From Eledone cirrhosa (taxonomy: Eukaryota): DNA of 64,000 nt. Where the stretch lies: assembly GCA_964016885.1 (NCBI GenBank), contig OZ024752.1, forward strand, positions 20,894,001 through 20,958,000. The letters are read 5' to 3'. A program made the position numbers and the translations under genes. Numbering within the stretch: the first letter of the stretch is position 1; every line of letters begins with the position of its first letter. Under the pieces are notes generated by a model. The model worked only from the letters and a program-made list of their open reading frames with translations, did no database searches and had not been told where the DNA came from. Positions 29,628 to 43,248 of the stretch are shown here, piece by piece.

Positions 29628-29878
29628 TAGTGATTCTCAACCTTTTTACCCTTGTGGAACCCTTAATATAGTTTTCATGTCTCAGGGAACCCCTGCATAA
29701 AAAATTATTATATACCATTATTAATATCTATCTCTTTTAGATTTTCCAACAGTAAAATTACAAGTATAAAATTAAACAAAAATTACTCAGAAATACATCA
29801 GCTTATTTATCACTGTTTCTTGCAGAACTCCTAGTAAACTCTTTGCAGAACCCTGGGACTACTGGTTGAAAAATGCTG
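29628..29878. mobile_element. hAT (Charlie-like) MITE
   Basis: TIRs TAGTGATTCTCAACC / GGTTGAAAAATGCTG; 8-bp flanks CTTTAGAT / CTGTAGAC resembling an NTCTAGAN TSD. Confidence 0.7.
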
Positions 29879-31798
29879 CTGTAGACATAACATTTTACTG
29901 CTAATGATATATTCCATAATTACTGTTGTTGGATAGCTTTGATCTGCTCTGCTTGAGCTAACCTAGAGCTCAGATTTAACTCATCAAAGTATTCATTTGA
30001 TTGGTGTTACTACTAAAAATTTGTTATTTTGTTTTTTTTTTGTAAGGCATGCTGTCCTGAGGTTTAGGGGGTTAAAACATGTAGTTTGACACTTAATTAC
30101 AGTAGAGAGTTTGTTGACAGAGATTTAGTTTGTTACATTTTTGAGCGGATGAATTCTAAAATAATTTCTGTGGCCTTTTCTTTCCTTTCTGTTCTATGTC
30201 TTCTGTGTTTTCTTCTTTCTTTCCAGTCATTTAACCCTCTCCTTATGAAATACACTGCCTGTGTTTCAACTGATTTCGAAAATAACCAAAAAATAATTTT
30301 TTCATTAGTAAGCTGATATTTAGAACATTGCATAACACAGATTTCTAAAATAAAATCCTGATGAAAGGTTGTAATATAAGGATAAACATTTTTAAATGAG
30401 CAGTTTTGTAATAAATCCAGAGTGGTTTCAGGCAGTTTTCGTATCAATACAGGAAATATTGTCACCCATTATACATTGATTTATACAGACTTCTCTCCTC
30501 ATCTTGGTTGGTATAGATACATTTCAGCCATTTTACCATCAAGCTTTCTCCAGGTACCTGTTGTATTTGGTAACATTCTCAGAATATTGAACTAAACCCT
30601 TTTTTCAAAATACAAAGGTAAAATATTCTCATTATATTGTTCATGTCTGGGTTATTCTCATATTATTTGTTAGTTACCATTCTGTCAGTTTGTTGAGGTC
30701 TGTCTGTATTCCAATCAAAGAAAATCAAAACAAGCTCTAAACATGATTTCTCCTTCCCAGCCAAATAAATAAAATATTTAGAGACAAATATATCCATAAA
30801 GTAACACTTCTGTCTTAATTTCTAAGATAGAAAATTATCATTATTAAACACTGATTTATTCAGACTAGTAACCCCAATTTGGTTGTGATAGTCGCAATAT
30901 TTTAGTCACTTTTATGGCTGGCCTTTTTCAGGTGGCTGGCCTTTTTTAGCATAGTTCATATAAACATTAATTAAGTTTTAAATGTTGTACTTTACCAGGT
31001 GAGACTTTACCTGGACATGAGATCAATATCCAGATCAGTGTATTTATAAATACTCTAGTTTAAGTAGAATGAGCAAGCAGAGGTCAGCTAGACCCATTAT
31101 AGGTGTGAGCTGTAAATTACATTTTTTCAATTCAAAACTACATGATAACAAATAATATGTAATGCTTGTTTTTTTTTATTGCTTAATCCAAGGCGAAAGA
31201 AGAGGGCTCATAACCCCTTTAAGGCCTTCAAGACTGCTATGAGGAAAGAAGGAATTTCTTCTTAGACCAGAGACCTGGCTTGAATGTGTGCACCAGAGTG
31301 GACTCAGCTAAAGGTATCCAAGGACCAGGTGATGGTGTTAGACCTGGTGATATGGTACATAATACTACATGATAGGAAATAATATGTTGTATTATATGGT
31401 TATAGAAAAAAGAGGAGACTTCTGAGTTTTTAATTACAAATATTGCCAAATAAAGAGTTGAGAAGACCTTTTAGTTGTGCCAAAAGTATGGCAAACTCCC
31501 AAGACCTGCTGCCATGATAAAACACACCCAGTGCACTCTCTAACATGGTTAGAGTTAGGAAAAGCATCCAATTATACCAACCATGCCAAACCAAAGGTTG
31601 AAAGAACTTTTCAGTTGTGTCAAGAGCACTGTAGCTTCCTTAGTGTTGATGCTATGATGACATCTACCAAGTACACTCTGTAAAGTGCAGTAATGCATGT
31701 GAGATACAGCCACTCAGTGTGTATATAAAGACAGTAGCTCTGAATGTCATGATCACCTCTTCTATCCTTGTTTGCATGAAAAAGAGGATGTTAAAAAA

Positions 31799-31986
31799 TA
31801 ATTGTTTCTACTTTTGGCAGAAGGCCAGCAATTATCAGTACATTACTGGTACTTTATTTTATTGACCCCGTAAGGATGAAAGGCAAAGTTAACCTCGGCG
31901 GGATTTGAACTCAGAATGGCAAGGGCCGTAACTCTATGTGTCAAAGCATGGCGTCCGACCCTCTACCGATACTGCCAATCCATTCC
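31799..31986 (-). mobile_element. SINE, same family as 28810-28998
   Basis: Reverse-complement match including the B box and core. Confidence 0.75.
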
Positions 31987-32024
31987 CATTATGTTAAATA
32001 GTAATGATGATGGTATGTGTGTGT

Positions 32025-32056
<32 letters not shown>

Positions 32057-32057
32057 G

Positions 32058-32667
32058 TATCAGGTCACCAGTTGGTGCTACTGGTAAGATGTATCGCAGT
32101 ACAACCTGTCTCATGGTCGGGTCATTGGCGACTAAACTGGCAACCCCACCAAGATTTCTTGGTGAGGAGGGTGACTTTGGACATCCTGCAGGACTAAAAA
32201 CAAAACCTGTCAAAGGGCAAAGGAGCTTGTAAGAGTCAATGGCCATCCAAAATCACCGGGAGAGATGACCCCTTAGCCTTTGTCAAGGCAGAATTCTAGG
32301 AGAAGGAAAACTCTGATATAGCACCTGCAACTCTGATGGTATCCAATGATGTTGACTTGTTCTTCTTTTTGGTAAATATCATCTTGGTTAAGAGAGTGGG
32401 ACTGGCTTTGTGCAGTGCCTTTGCTCACTATAAAAGCTTCACGGCACAGGCATTGCTTTATATCTGGAGATCTCTCTGCACTTGTCGTCACATGGTACCA
32501 AGGGCCCAGCACTATGTGTCAATAATTGTCACAAGTGTAGTGTTTGTACCAGAGTTTTCAAGTCGCTGGCTGGACTAAAAAGCCACACTCGTTCAGCGCA
32601 TCGGTAGGGGTTCTCCTACATGGATATAAAGTAGTGGCCGTACTCGAAAACGAGTTGGCAGCCACCA
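32058..32667 (+). mobile_element. ~610-bp interspersed repeat, probable solo LTR (copy 1)
   Basis: Three collinear copies in the window; family termini TGTCAGG...CCACCA (TG..CA; this copy starts TATCAGG); internal TATAAAAG at 32429; flanked by (TA)n. Confidence 0.6.
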
Positions 32668-33199
32668 TGTATATATATATATATACCCACTCTGTATCTA
32701 CCCATGCATCAAGTATTCTCATCATTAGTGGATTCCTCGGTCTCAGCACCACAGACTCTCTCTCTCCATATATATATACACACATATATATATATTTATC
32801 ATCATCATCACCGATTTATGTTTGTTTTCCAAGCTGGCAAGAGTTGGAGAGGTTATCATGTCCTGAGATTTAACAACTCAGATGAAAACATCATGCTCAT
32901 ACATTTCATTTTGGATGGTTTCTGTGGCTGAAGGCCCTTCCTAATATGAACCACTCTACAACATATCCTGGGCCCATTTTTTTTATAGTACTGGCACTAC
33001 CACATTACAGAGTGGACTGAGTGCATTTTATCATGGCACCAACAAAATCAATTCACAGAGCTGGTTGGATGTATTTTATAATGGTACTAACATTTGGGCA
33101 GTTGTTGTACTCAGCAGGACAGAAAGAAGCAATGGTGGGAGTGGGTGTGGTTTCAGAAATGAGAACATGGTGGAATTGGCAATGTGGGATGGGTAGCAA

Positions 33200-35850
33200 T
33201 AAGTGGCCCAGCTTATGTTGTTGTCCACAATTACTCCCAAGTCTCTGATGTTGTTGGATGCCATGAGAGTTTCACCTGAAGGAAGAGAGTATGGGAGTTT
33301 CAGGGCATCCTCTTTTCCAAAGTGGATTAACTCAAATTTATCCTCGTTCAGCAGCATATTGTTCTTTTCTGCCCATTGGATGACAGCCAGTAGGTCTAAC
33401 TGAAAGCAAGTCCAGTCACCCACTTCATTGATAACCTTCTGGAGCTTGGAGTCATCTGCAAAGATTCTGATGTTGATGTGCTTGATGATGTCTGTAATGT
33501 CATTAATGTAGATAATGAAAAGAAGTGGGCCCAACACAGTGCCTTGTGGGATGCCACTGCTGACTTTGGCTGGGCTTGCAGTGAACTACCAACGCCTTCG
33601 ACTACAACATGCTGGGCTCTGTCTGTCAGGAAACACTTGATCCACTGTTGTAACTTTCCAGAGACGCCAATGTTGGATAGTTTTTTTCAATAGAATCTTA
33701 TGATTAACCCTGTTGAAGGCCTTGCTGAAATCAAGGTAGATGACATCAGTGTTGGAGCCCTCTCCCAAAGCTCTCAAAATATCATCAAAGTGATGCAGGA
33801 GTTGCGTTAGGCAGTCCCTTCCATTACGGAACCCATGTTGGTTGGAGTTCAGCGGTCTGTTGCTTTCGAGAAAGTGGGTTATTCGTGATCTCACCACCCT
33901 CTCAAATACCTTGATCATATGAGAGGGGAGCGAGATCGGACGGTAGTTCACTGCAAGGGACTTGTTTCCCTTTTTGAAAACTGGGACAACGGACTGGGAC
34001 AGAAAGTTTTCAGGAATATAGCCAGTATCCAGTGAGTTCTTCCACAGATTAGCAAGAGGAGATGCAAGTTGGTGTCGACACACCTTCAGGACACAAGCAG
34101 GGAATTTATCGGCGCCTACTGCTGAATTGTGTTTAATTTCGTTCATTGCCGCTAAGACATCAGAGGTGCCAAATGTTATGTCTGATATAGTGTGTTGGGG
34201 ATTAACATCACTGATACAGCCCAGATCGGCCATATCAGGATTGCTGAAAACAGAGCAGTATTGTTTCTGCAGTATCTTGCCCATGGTTTTGGCATTATCT
34301 TGGAGTGTGCCATTTTCATCAATTAGAGGGCCAACAGTCCAAAATGTTCTCTTGATGCCTTGTTAGTGCAAGGACAAGTTGGGACAAGAAAAACTCATTC
34401 ATAAAGTCGAGAAGTGACTCGACTGTCAGTGGTTGAGATTGGAGTGCCTGGTTTCAAACTGTTTGTAGACCAATCAACACGGGTAGATTAAAGTCCCCCA
34501 CCAAAAGTATGTTACTAGAATGGCACTGTTGAATAAAGCACTTAATGTTGTTGAGGAATTCTTTGAAGCGCATTATGGGTGTTTGGGGTGGCCTATAGAG
34601 CCCAAGTAATATCATGTCATTGGCTTTGTTGTGCATGGTGACTGATTCAAAGTAGCCATTGGAGAATGTTATGTTTCCATCTGCTGTAAATGAATCGCAG
34701 GAAAATGGCAGTTCAACCCTTCCTTCTGTCAATACGATCCGCGTGGATGGTTGTGAAATTCCTCACTCTTACTTCGGCCTCCAAGTGGGAGTTGTCAAGG
34801 TGGGTCTCAGTAAGAATGAAGAAAGGGATGTGGAATGGATGGTTACCAACCCAATCCTCAATGAATTGGATCTTCCATTTCTGTGCATTGATGGATGGGC
34901 TGATACCTTGTGTATTGAGTAGAAATGTGGAGGTTAGTGTGGTGGCTGGCTTTGATTGTTGCCGGGGGCTTGTTTTGAGATTGTGTGTTAGTGACAGCAA
35001 TGTGGGGGGTTGGTGAACTGGGGTAATATCATAGAATGGTGTTGGGTGATGGCTAAAAGGTTTTTCTGTATTTCTTTTGCCAGGTTCAACATGGCTAAAA
35101 AACAAAAATTTTCTTGTTCAGGGAGCAGATTTTGACTGGAATTGTGGTTACACTGTTGGATAGGGTTCCCTCTTTTGTTGTTGTTGTATTTATGTCTTTG
35201 TGAAAAGACTGGACCAGCATTACTGCAGAAGGGGGTGGCTTTATTGTGGTTTGTGTGTTGGCTTGGAGCCCCTTTTCTGTTAGTGCATTGTGTCCCAGGA
35301 AGATGAGTGAAGGGGCAGTCATTCAGCAGACATAGTCTCTCGCGTTAGGAATGTCAGCAGATTTTGAGACTCCAACTTATGCATGTGGGAAGCCTGCTTT
35401 GGCGTTGGCTGGAAGTGTTTGTGCATCTAGTGCCAGGTAAATAGGTAAAGATACAGTCGCTATATGTGCAGAGCCTCTGATGTAGTAAGTAGCGGCATAA
35501 TTTTGGGTTTCTTGTTTGTTTAGTGGGGGGTGGGGGTGCATAGAGCTTCATAGATTTTCTAAGGTTGTTTTTACTACAGCATGACTGTGGTGGCGATGTA
35601 GGGGAAGAAAGCAGTGGTATATTATTAGCAGTAGTTGACATGGTAGAATACAGTGGTGGTAGTGGTGGTGATGACCATGATGATAACTGTTGTGGTAGCT
35701 GTGAGAGTGGTCGGAGAGGAAGCAGTGGTCCTCTACCAGCAGTTGATGTGGCAGAAGACGATGGTGGCAGCGGTGGTGATGATGACAACGATGATAGCTG
35801 TGGTGGTTGCTGGAGAGAGAGGGTGGTGGAGAGGTACAGTCGTTCAGTAA
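33200..35850 (-). mobile_element. Degraded CR1/L2-group LINE: ORF1 remnant with Cys-rich finger, AP endonuclease (~34440-34930), RT (~33200-34360); internally deleted and 3' truncated
   Basis: Motifs LTETHL, LYRPP, VGDFNLP, NYRPISL, QHGFR, YLDFSKAF, PQGTVLGPLLF, IFADD; frameshifts. Confidence 0.9.
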
Positions 35851-35861
35851 CTCAGCTATTA

Positions 35862-36181
35862 TGCTGGAATTTAGTAGTGGAATCAAGAAGCCTGAGCGTG
35901 AACCTAGCTAAGACAAAGGCGTTGATAAGTAGAAGAGAGGACAAAACTCTGATTCCATCAGGGAAATGGCCATATGTAGGAAAGGAGTTGGCATAGATTC
36001 CATAAAATGTACGCAATGCAGATTTTGGGTACACAAGAGATGTAGCGGGATAGCAGGCAAACTAACAGGTAGGGAGAAATATGTATGCAGTAGATGTACA
36101 GGGAAAATTGGCAGTGGTAATCACAGTGATAGACTCATTTTTACAATGCAGGTGGAGGCTATAGAAGTGGTGGATAGCTTG
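35862..36181 (+). mobile_element. RTE LINE fragment (post-RT Cys/His finger region)
   Basis: Highly similar to ~40870-41180. Confidence 0.85.
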
Positions 36182-36454
36182 CAAGGGTGGGACGGGAACT
36201 GATTCTGGCTTGATTTCTACAGCTGGATGCCCTTCCTAACACCAACCTCATTTACAGTGAGTGCTGGGTGCTTTTTTTGCCGTGGCACCTCCACGACCCC
36301 AGTCCCTATCATCTCATTTCTACAGCTGAGTAAACTGGAGAAATGTGAAATAAAGTGTCTTGCTCAAGGAAACAACCCATCACCCAGTCTGAGAATTGAA
36401 CTCACAACCTTTCGATTGCAAGACCAATGCTCTAACCACTAAGCCATGTGCCTC
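36182..36454 (-). mobile_element. tRNA-derived SINE (partial)
   Basis: Homologous to 28280-28730. Confidence 0.8.
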
Positions 36455-36485
36455 CATATGTATATATGTATATGTATATATATAT

Positions 36486-38590
36486 ATTATAAAAATAAAC
36501 AAAGAAGCCTTCAATACATCAAAAGTCTTTATTAGCCTACAATGTTTCGTCCCATTAATAAGGACTCATTAGAGCAAGTAAATTGACAAGAAGCATTAAC
36601 GGCCAGAACAAGCCAAAACTCAGAAGAATAGGGAATTCATATCCATGAAAGTTTAGGAAAGATATCAAGGAAAAGCATGCTAAAGCTAAAAGTGTGCAGT
36701 TACAAATATAGACTATAGGGCAAGAAAGTGAGTAATATGTCAAACCTACGTTGAAAGTACAGTATAAGACAAATACATTAAATACAACATGGTAATATAA
36801 TGTTAGAATTACAATATGATATAGTGGATAATAATAAATAAAAAGCTTAATATATGTATATATATATATATCCATATATATACACATTTACACAAACACA
36901 TACTAACACTTATTAAGTATTTAAATATAAATATACTCTTTATAATATAAAAATCACCCTGACGGTGTGCATAAACTATACGAAAAAAAAAAAATTTTTG
37001 AATCTCCTACATCTAAAAATAATGAACCTCATCCTTTCCACACTTAATATTCGCCCCTTTTTATTATATTATATATAAATTTTTACTTTTATACTCCTTT
37101 TTATTATTATATTATGTATTAATTTTTTACTTTTATGATCCTTCCTATCCTCCATAGTTTCACTTCTTTCTGTTCCCTTTGGTCTACCATAGTTTTATTT
37201 TGAGTTTTTTTCTTTGATAACGTAATTCGTCTGAACGCATCGTATTATATATTGATAGTATTTATAGAAATATCCTAATTTTATACGACTTTGATGACTT
37301 AAACTTTATTCAATTTGAAGGGACCTATAACATCTTTTAAGCAATTTTTAATATTAATTGATTTAATAAGGTTTTCTATTCAATTCTTTAGTTTAGAATA
37401 ATAATATCCTCTATATTTACATAACGACTTGTTATACCTACGTTACTGTGCTTGTTTTTGTTTTTACTTTTGTTTTTTATTTTTGTTCTTCGTTTTTTTG
37501 TTTTTTTTTACTACCACATGCTGTCTGTCTTCCTATCATCATCATCACTACTTCTTTACTACCACTTGCTGTCTGTCATATTTACATTTTCTGCTTTGCA
37601 TGTCTTTCTTCCTATATTAACCGCGTAAATATATCTTAAACATTTTCCATTGACTCTGTCTGTCTGCTATTATATTATTTTATTTATAATTATTATAATA
37701 TTGATATATCATATTATTTCTATGTAATTGAGTTATAGGTATTAATATATGTCAGATATTTGAGGTACAATTTTGTAATATTTTGTAATACTTTATGAAT
37801 GTAAACTGCATATACCTCTATATATATTTATTGTCAATACTTTATGTATAACTTTAGTTTTATATGATATTTTTTTCTTACCCTTGAAAAACTTTATATA
37901 CAATTTGTTTACATCAAATGATATGTATGATGTAGTTTTGTATGTTCTTTGATGTCTATATATTATATTATTATTCTATTGGTTTTTTGTATAGTTTATG
38001 CACACCGTCAGGGTGATTTTTATATTATAAAGAGTATATTTATATTTAAATACTTAATAAGTGTTAGTATGTGTTTGTGTAAATGTGTATATATATGGAT
38101 ATATATATATATATATACATATATTAAGCTTTTTATTTATTATTATCCACTATATCATATTGTAATTCTAACATTATATTACCATGTTGTATTTAATGTA
38201 TTTGTCTTATACTGTACTTTCAACGTAGGTTTGACATATTACTCACTTTCTTGCCCTATAGTCTATATTTGTAACTGCACACTTTTAGCTTTAGCATGCT
38301 TTTCCTTGATATCTTTCCTAAACTTTCATGGATATGAATCCCCTATTCTTATGAGTTTTGGTTTGTTCTGGCCGTTAATGCTTCTTGTCAATTTACTTGC
38401 TCTAATGAGTCCTTATTAATGGGACGAAACATTGTAGGCTAATAAAGACTTTTGATGTATTGAAGGCTTCTTTGTTTATTTTTATAATTTTTCGGTTCTG
38501 TTGTATTACATTGAGCTATATCTTATACTGTCATTTCTATAATACGACGAGTGTGTTTTACTCCAACGCACTCTAGTATTTTAATTCTTA
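36486..38590 (+). mobile_element. Penelope-like 3' fragment with ~500-bp inverted repeat (36486-36985 / 37983-38488)
   Basis: Near-identical inverted arms (mirror ORFs in the track), hammerhead motif in the arms, AT-rich spacer, (TA)n flanks. Confidence 0.65.
38398..38440 (+). ncRNA. Type I hammerhead ribozyme motif with a G5A core change (mirror copy at ~36535-36577 on -)
   Basis: GCT-CTAATGA-GTCCT TATTAAT GGGAC-GAAAC ATT GTA-GGC. Confidence 0.7.
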
Positions 38591-38598
38591 TGTATATA

Positions 38599-38687
<89 letters not shown>

Positions 38688-38700
38688 GTATATATATATC

Positions 38701-41700
38701 AGCATAGGAACAACAACAAAGTATGAAGTTGCAACACTTAATGTTGGCACTCTCAGAGGTAAATCTGCTGAAATAGTGGAGATGCTGGAGAGAAGGGATG
38801 TGGATGTATGCTGCGTGCAAGAGGTGAGATGGAGAGGTGCCTCTGCGAGACTAGTCGCAGACAAACATCTTAGCTATAAGCTTTTCTGGGTAGGTAAGGA
38901 TGATGGGTTAGGGCGAGTAGGCATTTTCCTGGCTGAGAGATGGATCAATAAAACAATAGAGGTAGTTCGAGTTAGTAATCGAATAATTAAGCTTAGATTA
39001 GTTGTAGGCGGGAGACTACTGACAATCATCTGTGCCTATGCTCCCCAGGCAGGCCTAGGTAAGGAAGAGAAAGGCTGCTTTTACGAGCAACTTTTACATA
39101 CAGCCACAATGACAGAGGATGGAGACATCGTTATGCTAGCAGGGGACTTCAATGGTCATGTTGGACAGCTCCAGGATGGTTACACTGGGGTACATGGTGG
39201 GCACTGTTACAGCTCAAGAAATAAAGAAGGAGTGAGACTTCTTGAATTTTGTGATGCAAGTACACTGACTATTTGCAACACAGACTTCCAGAAACCTGCC
39301 AATCACCTAATAACCTACAAATCTGGCGAGCACATAAGCCAGATTGACTGCTTACTAGTTAGGCAGCGGGACAGGCAGATAGTGTCTAATACCTACGCAT
39401 ACCCTTGGGAAGAATGTACCCCACAGTATAGGTTAGTCATTAGTGATATCTCAGTAAGCAAGAGATGGAATGAGACATACAGGAAGGTGTGGAGAAAAAA
39501 GGTCTTGAAGCTAAAAGGCCTTTCACTAAAATATAAATTTAGCAAAGCCCTTCAAGATGTATATGACGAAAAAGAAGACGATTTAGAGTCGTATGACATA
39601 GATGATAACTGGAATCTCTTACATGACAACATACTGCAGGCTTCTGAAGAAATTTGTGGCTGGAGCAGAGCTCCAACCAGACAGAGTGACTTGGTGGTGG
39701 GACAGCACAGTAGATAAGGCCATTAGAGACAACAGACTAGCATGGAAGGCTTGGAAAAAGGGTGGGAGTAGAGAAGGATATACAGCCGCTAAGAGAGAAG
39801 CTAGACGTCAGGTGTACTTAGCACGCAGGGAGGCTGAGAATAAGAGGTTTGTCAATGTTCTGCAATGGGAAGATCAGAGACGTGCGGTGTTCCACATTGC
39901 AAGGCAGTGTGTCAATGCAAATCAGGATGTTGTTGGAGATAAATGTGTCCGGAATGATGCCGGTGTACTTAGTGTCACGAATGATCAGAAAAGGAGGCCT
40001 GGAAATGTCATTATGAGAGACTGATGAATGTGGAGAACGAATGGGAGAGAGAGAGAAATTACCCCAGTAGATCCGACAGAGAGACCAGCTATTGAGATTG
40101 ACGAATATAGGGTCCAAGAGGCGATTAAGAAAATGAAAAATGGTAAGGCCACTGGACCATCGGGGATAGTTGCTGAGATGATGAAGGCATCAGGGGACGT
40201 AGGCATTTAACTGGTTGCACGCATCATCCATCAGGCTATATATGGCGGTGTCATACCCAAAGACTGGTGCAGCAGTATTCTCATAAATTGCTACAAAGGT
40301 AAAGGGGATGGTCTGGAGAGGAGCAATTATAGGGGTATAAAACTGATTGATCAGGTTATGAAAGTGGCAGAAAGGATATTAGCGCAACTAATTAGAGAAA
40401 GGGCAAACTAGATGAGATGCAGTTTGGTTTTGTGCCTGGGAAAATTACAACAGATGCCCTCTTCTTGGTGAGACAATTACAAGAGAGGTTCTTAGAGAAG
40501 AATAAGCCACTATACTTAGCTTTTGTTGACCTAGAGAAGGCCTTTGATAAGGTACCCCCGATCTATCAACTGGTGATCCCTAAGGAAACTCGGTGTTGAG
40601 GAATGGCTTGTGAGGACAGTGCAAACTTTGTACAGAGGTACTGTCAGTAAAGTCAAGGTAGGAATGGTGTTTAGTGAGGAATTCCAGATACAAGTAGGAG
40701 TACATCAGGGTTCGGTCCTCAGCCTGCTCTTGTTCATTATAGTCCTCCAAGCCATAACAGAGGAGTTTAAGACTGGCTGTCCATGGGAACTTCTCTATGC
40801 TGACGATCTGGTTCTTATAGCAGAATTAGTAGAGGAGCCAGAGAATAAATTCTGGCTATGGAAACAGCAGTTGGAATCAAGAGGACTGAGAGTGAACCTA
40901 GCTTAGACAAGAGTGCTGATGAGTAGAAAAGAGGACAACACACTTATTCCGTCAGGGAAATGGTCATGTTCGATATGCAGAAAAGGAACTGGCATAAATT
41001 CTATAAAATGCACACAAAGCAGATCTTGGGTACACAAGAGATGCAGTTGGATAGCAGGCAAACTAACAGGTAGGGAGAAATACGTATGCAGTAGATGTAT
41101 AGGGAAATTAGACAGTAGAAGTCGCATTGATAGACACATTTTTCAAATGCAGGTGGGTGCTATAGAAGTGGTTGATGGCTTACGGTACCTAGGTGATCAG
41201 ATTAGCATGGGAGGGGGGTGTTCCGAGGCCATAGTATCTAGAATAAGGAGGGGTTGAAAGAAGTTTAGGGAGCTGCTTCCTCTGCTGACGAAGAAGGGAG
41301 AACCCTGCGTATGAAAGGCCAGTTATATGATGCCTGTGTGAGGAGCACGATGCTGCATGGTAGTGAGACATGGGCAGCAACTGCAGAGGATATGCGACGG
41401 CTGGAGAGAAATGAGGCAAGCATGCTCCGTTGGATGTGCAATGTCTATGTGCATGAATGACCCAGCATGGATATGTTGAGAGAGAAACTGTGCCTGAGAG
41501 GGATAGAATGTAGTGTACGGGAGAGGAGACTGAGGTGGTATGGACATGTGATGCGCATGGGGGATGACCGATGGGTGAAGAAGTGCCAGGAAATGCCAGT
41601 TGAAGGAAGACGTGGTAGAGGTAGACCACGAAAAACATGGGCGGAGGTGGTGAGAACATACCTCAGAGTGCTGAAGCTCACGGTGGAGATGATGAAGGAC

Positions 41701-41783
41701 CGTGACAAGTGGAGGGATGCTGTGCTGAATAAGACTTTACCTCCCCTTGCAAGCAGGGAAAAGCTGACGTAAAATGATGATGA
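38701..41783 (+). mobile_element. Near-full-length RTE-clade LINE (AP endonuclease + RT), frameshifted
   Basis: [75 protein letters not shown]; (GAT)n tail; (TA)n flanks. Confidence 0.95.
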
Positions 41784-42050
41784 TATATATATATATATAT
41801 GTATGTGTATATATATATATATATATGTATGTGTGTATATATATATATATGTATATATATATGTATATATGTATATATATATATGTATATATGTATGTGT
41901 ATATATATAAATATATATATATATATTTATATATATATATGTATGTATGTATATATGTATGTATATATATATGTAGATATGTATGTATATATATATGTAT
42001 ATATATATATATATATATGTATGTGTATATATATATGTGTATATATATTT

Positions 42051-42680
42051 ATCAAGGCCTTAAAATTAACCTGGCTAAGACTAAAGTTCTAGTTTGTAGG
42101 AAAGAAAATAAGGCGCCGGTCCCTTCCGGGAAATGACCATGCTCAGTGTGTAGGAAAGGCGTAGGTAGAAACTCCATTTTATGTCCCAAATGCAAAATAG
42201 GGGTGCATAAAAGATGTAGTGGGATCACAGGTAAGCTAACTAAGAACATAGGTTTTACATGTGGCCGGTGCTCTGGTGCAATAAGTAGCAGCAAGTGCCC
42301 ACAGAATACTAGCTCTTTCAATTGCGCAGAGGGTTCTATAGAAATAGTGGACAGCTTCCGTTACCTGGGTGACAAAATCAGCAGTGGGGGAGGGTGCTCT
42401 GAAAGTACAATAGCTAGAATCAGAACTGGATGGAAAAAGTTCAGAGAGCTTATACCACTATTAGCCGCTAAAGGGTTCTCCCTAAAAATGAAAGGCAGGC
42501 TGAATGATGCCTGCATACGAACAGCAATGTTGCATGGCAGTGAGACCTGGGCATTGTGTGCAGAGGATATACGCAGACTAGAGAGGAACGAAGCTTGCAT
42601 GCTCCGCTGGATGTGTAATAGTAATATACGCGAACGGCAAAGCATAAACGAACTAAGGGAAAAATTTGAAATAGGCATCT
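42051..42680 (+). mobile_element. RTE LINE fragment, related subfamily
   Basis: [38 protein letters not shown]. Confidence 0.9.
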
Positions 42681-42861
42681 CTAACAAAATACACCCCCGT
42701 CCCACCCCCACCCCATCCACACCGCCCCTTTCAATGTAAAGTTATGTTGGTGCCACAACATCCAGGCCGAAACAAATGAGATCGTGTAGGTGTCACGACA
42801 AAAAAACACACAGTCCTCGCTGTAATGTGGCCGTGTAGGCAACACGATAAAAACCTCCCAG

Positions 42862-43037
42862 TCCCACACTGTAAATGTCGTTGGTGTTAGGAAGGGCATC
42901 CAGCTGTAGAAAACCCGCCAGACAGTCCTATGCGAGCAAGACAACCACTCTTGCCTCAAGTGGGAAAACTCCCGTCCAAACCCATGCAAGCGTGGAACAT
43001 GGACGTTAAACGATGATGATGATGATGATGATGATGA
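42862..43037 (+). mobile_element. SINE 3' part with (GAT)n tail
   Basis: Matches ~50475-50668. Confidence 0.75.
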
Positions 43038-43097
43038 TATGTATGTGTGTATATATATATATATATATGTATGTGTATATATTTATATATATGTATA

Positions 43098-43176
<79 letters not shown>

Positions 43177-43212
43177 ATATATATATATGTATGTGTGTAT
43201 ATATATATATGT

Positions 43213-43248
<36 letters not shown>

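Noticed and set aside
31005-31040. U1 snRNA-like start (TTACCTGG)
   Set aside because: Similarity does not extend beyond a few bases
36555-38419. Duplicated hydrophobic membrane-protein ORFs
   Set aside because: Mirror translations of an AT-rich inverted repeat, with no coding signal
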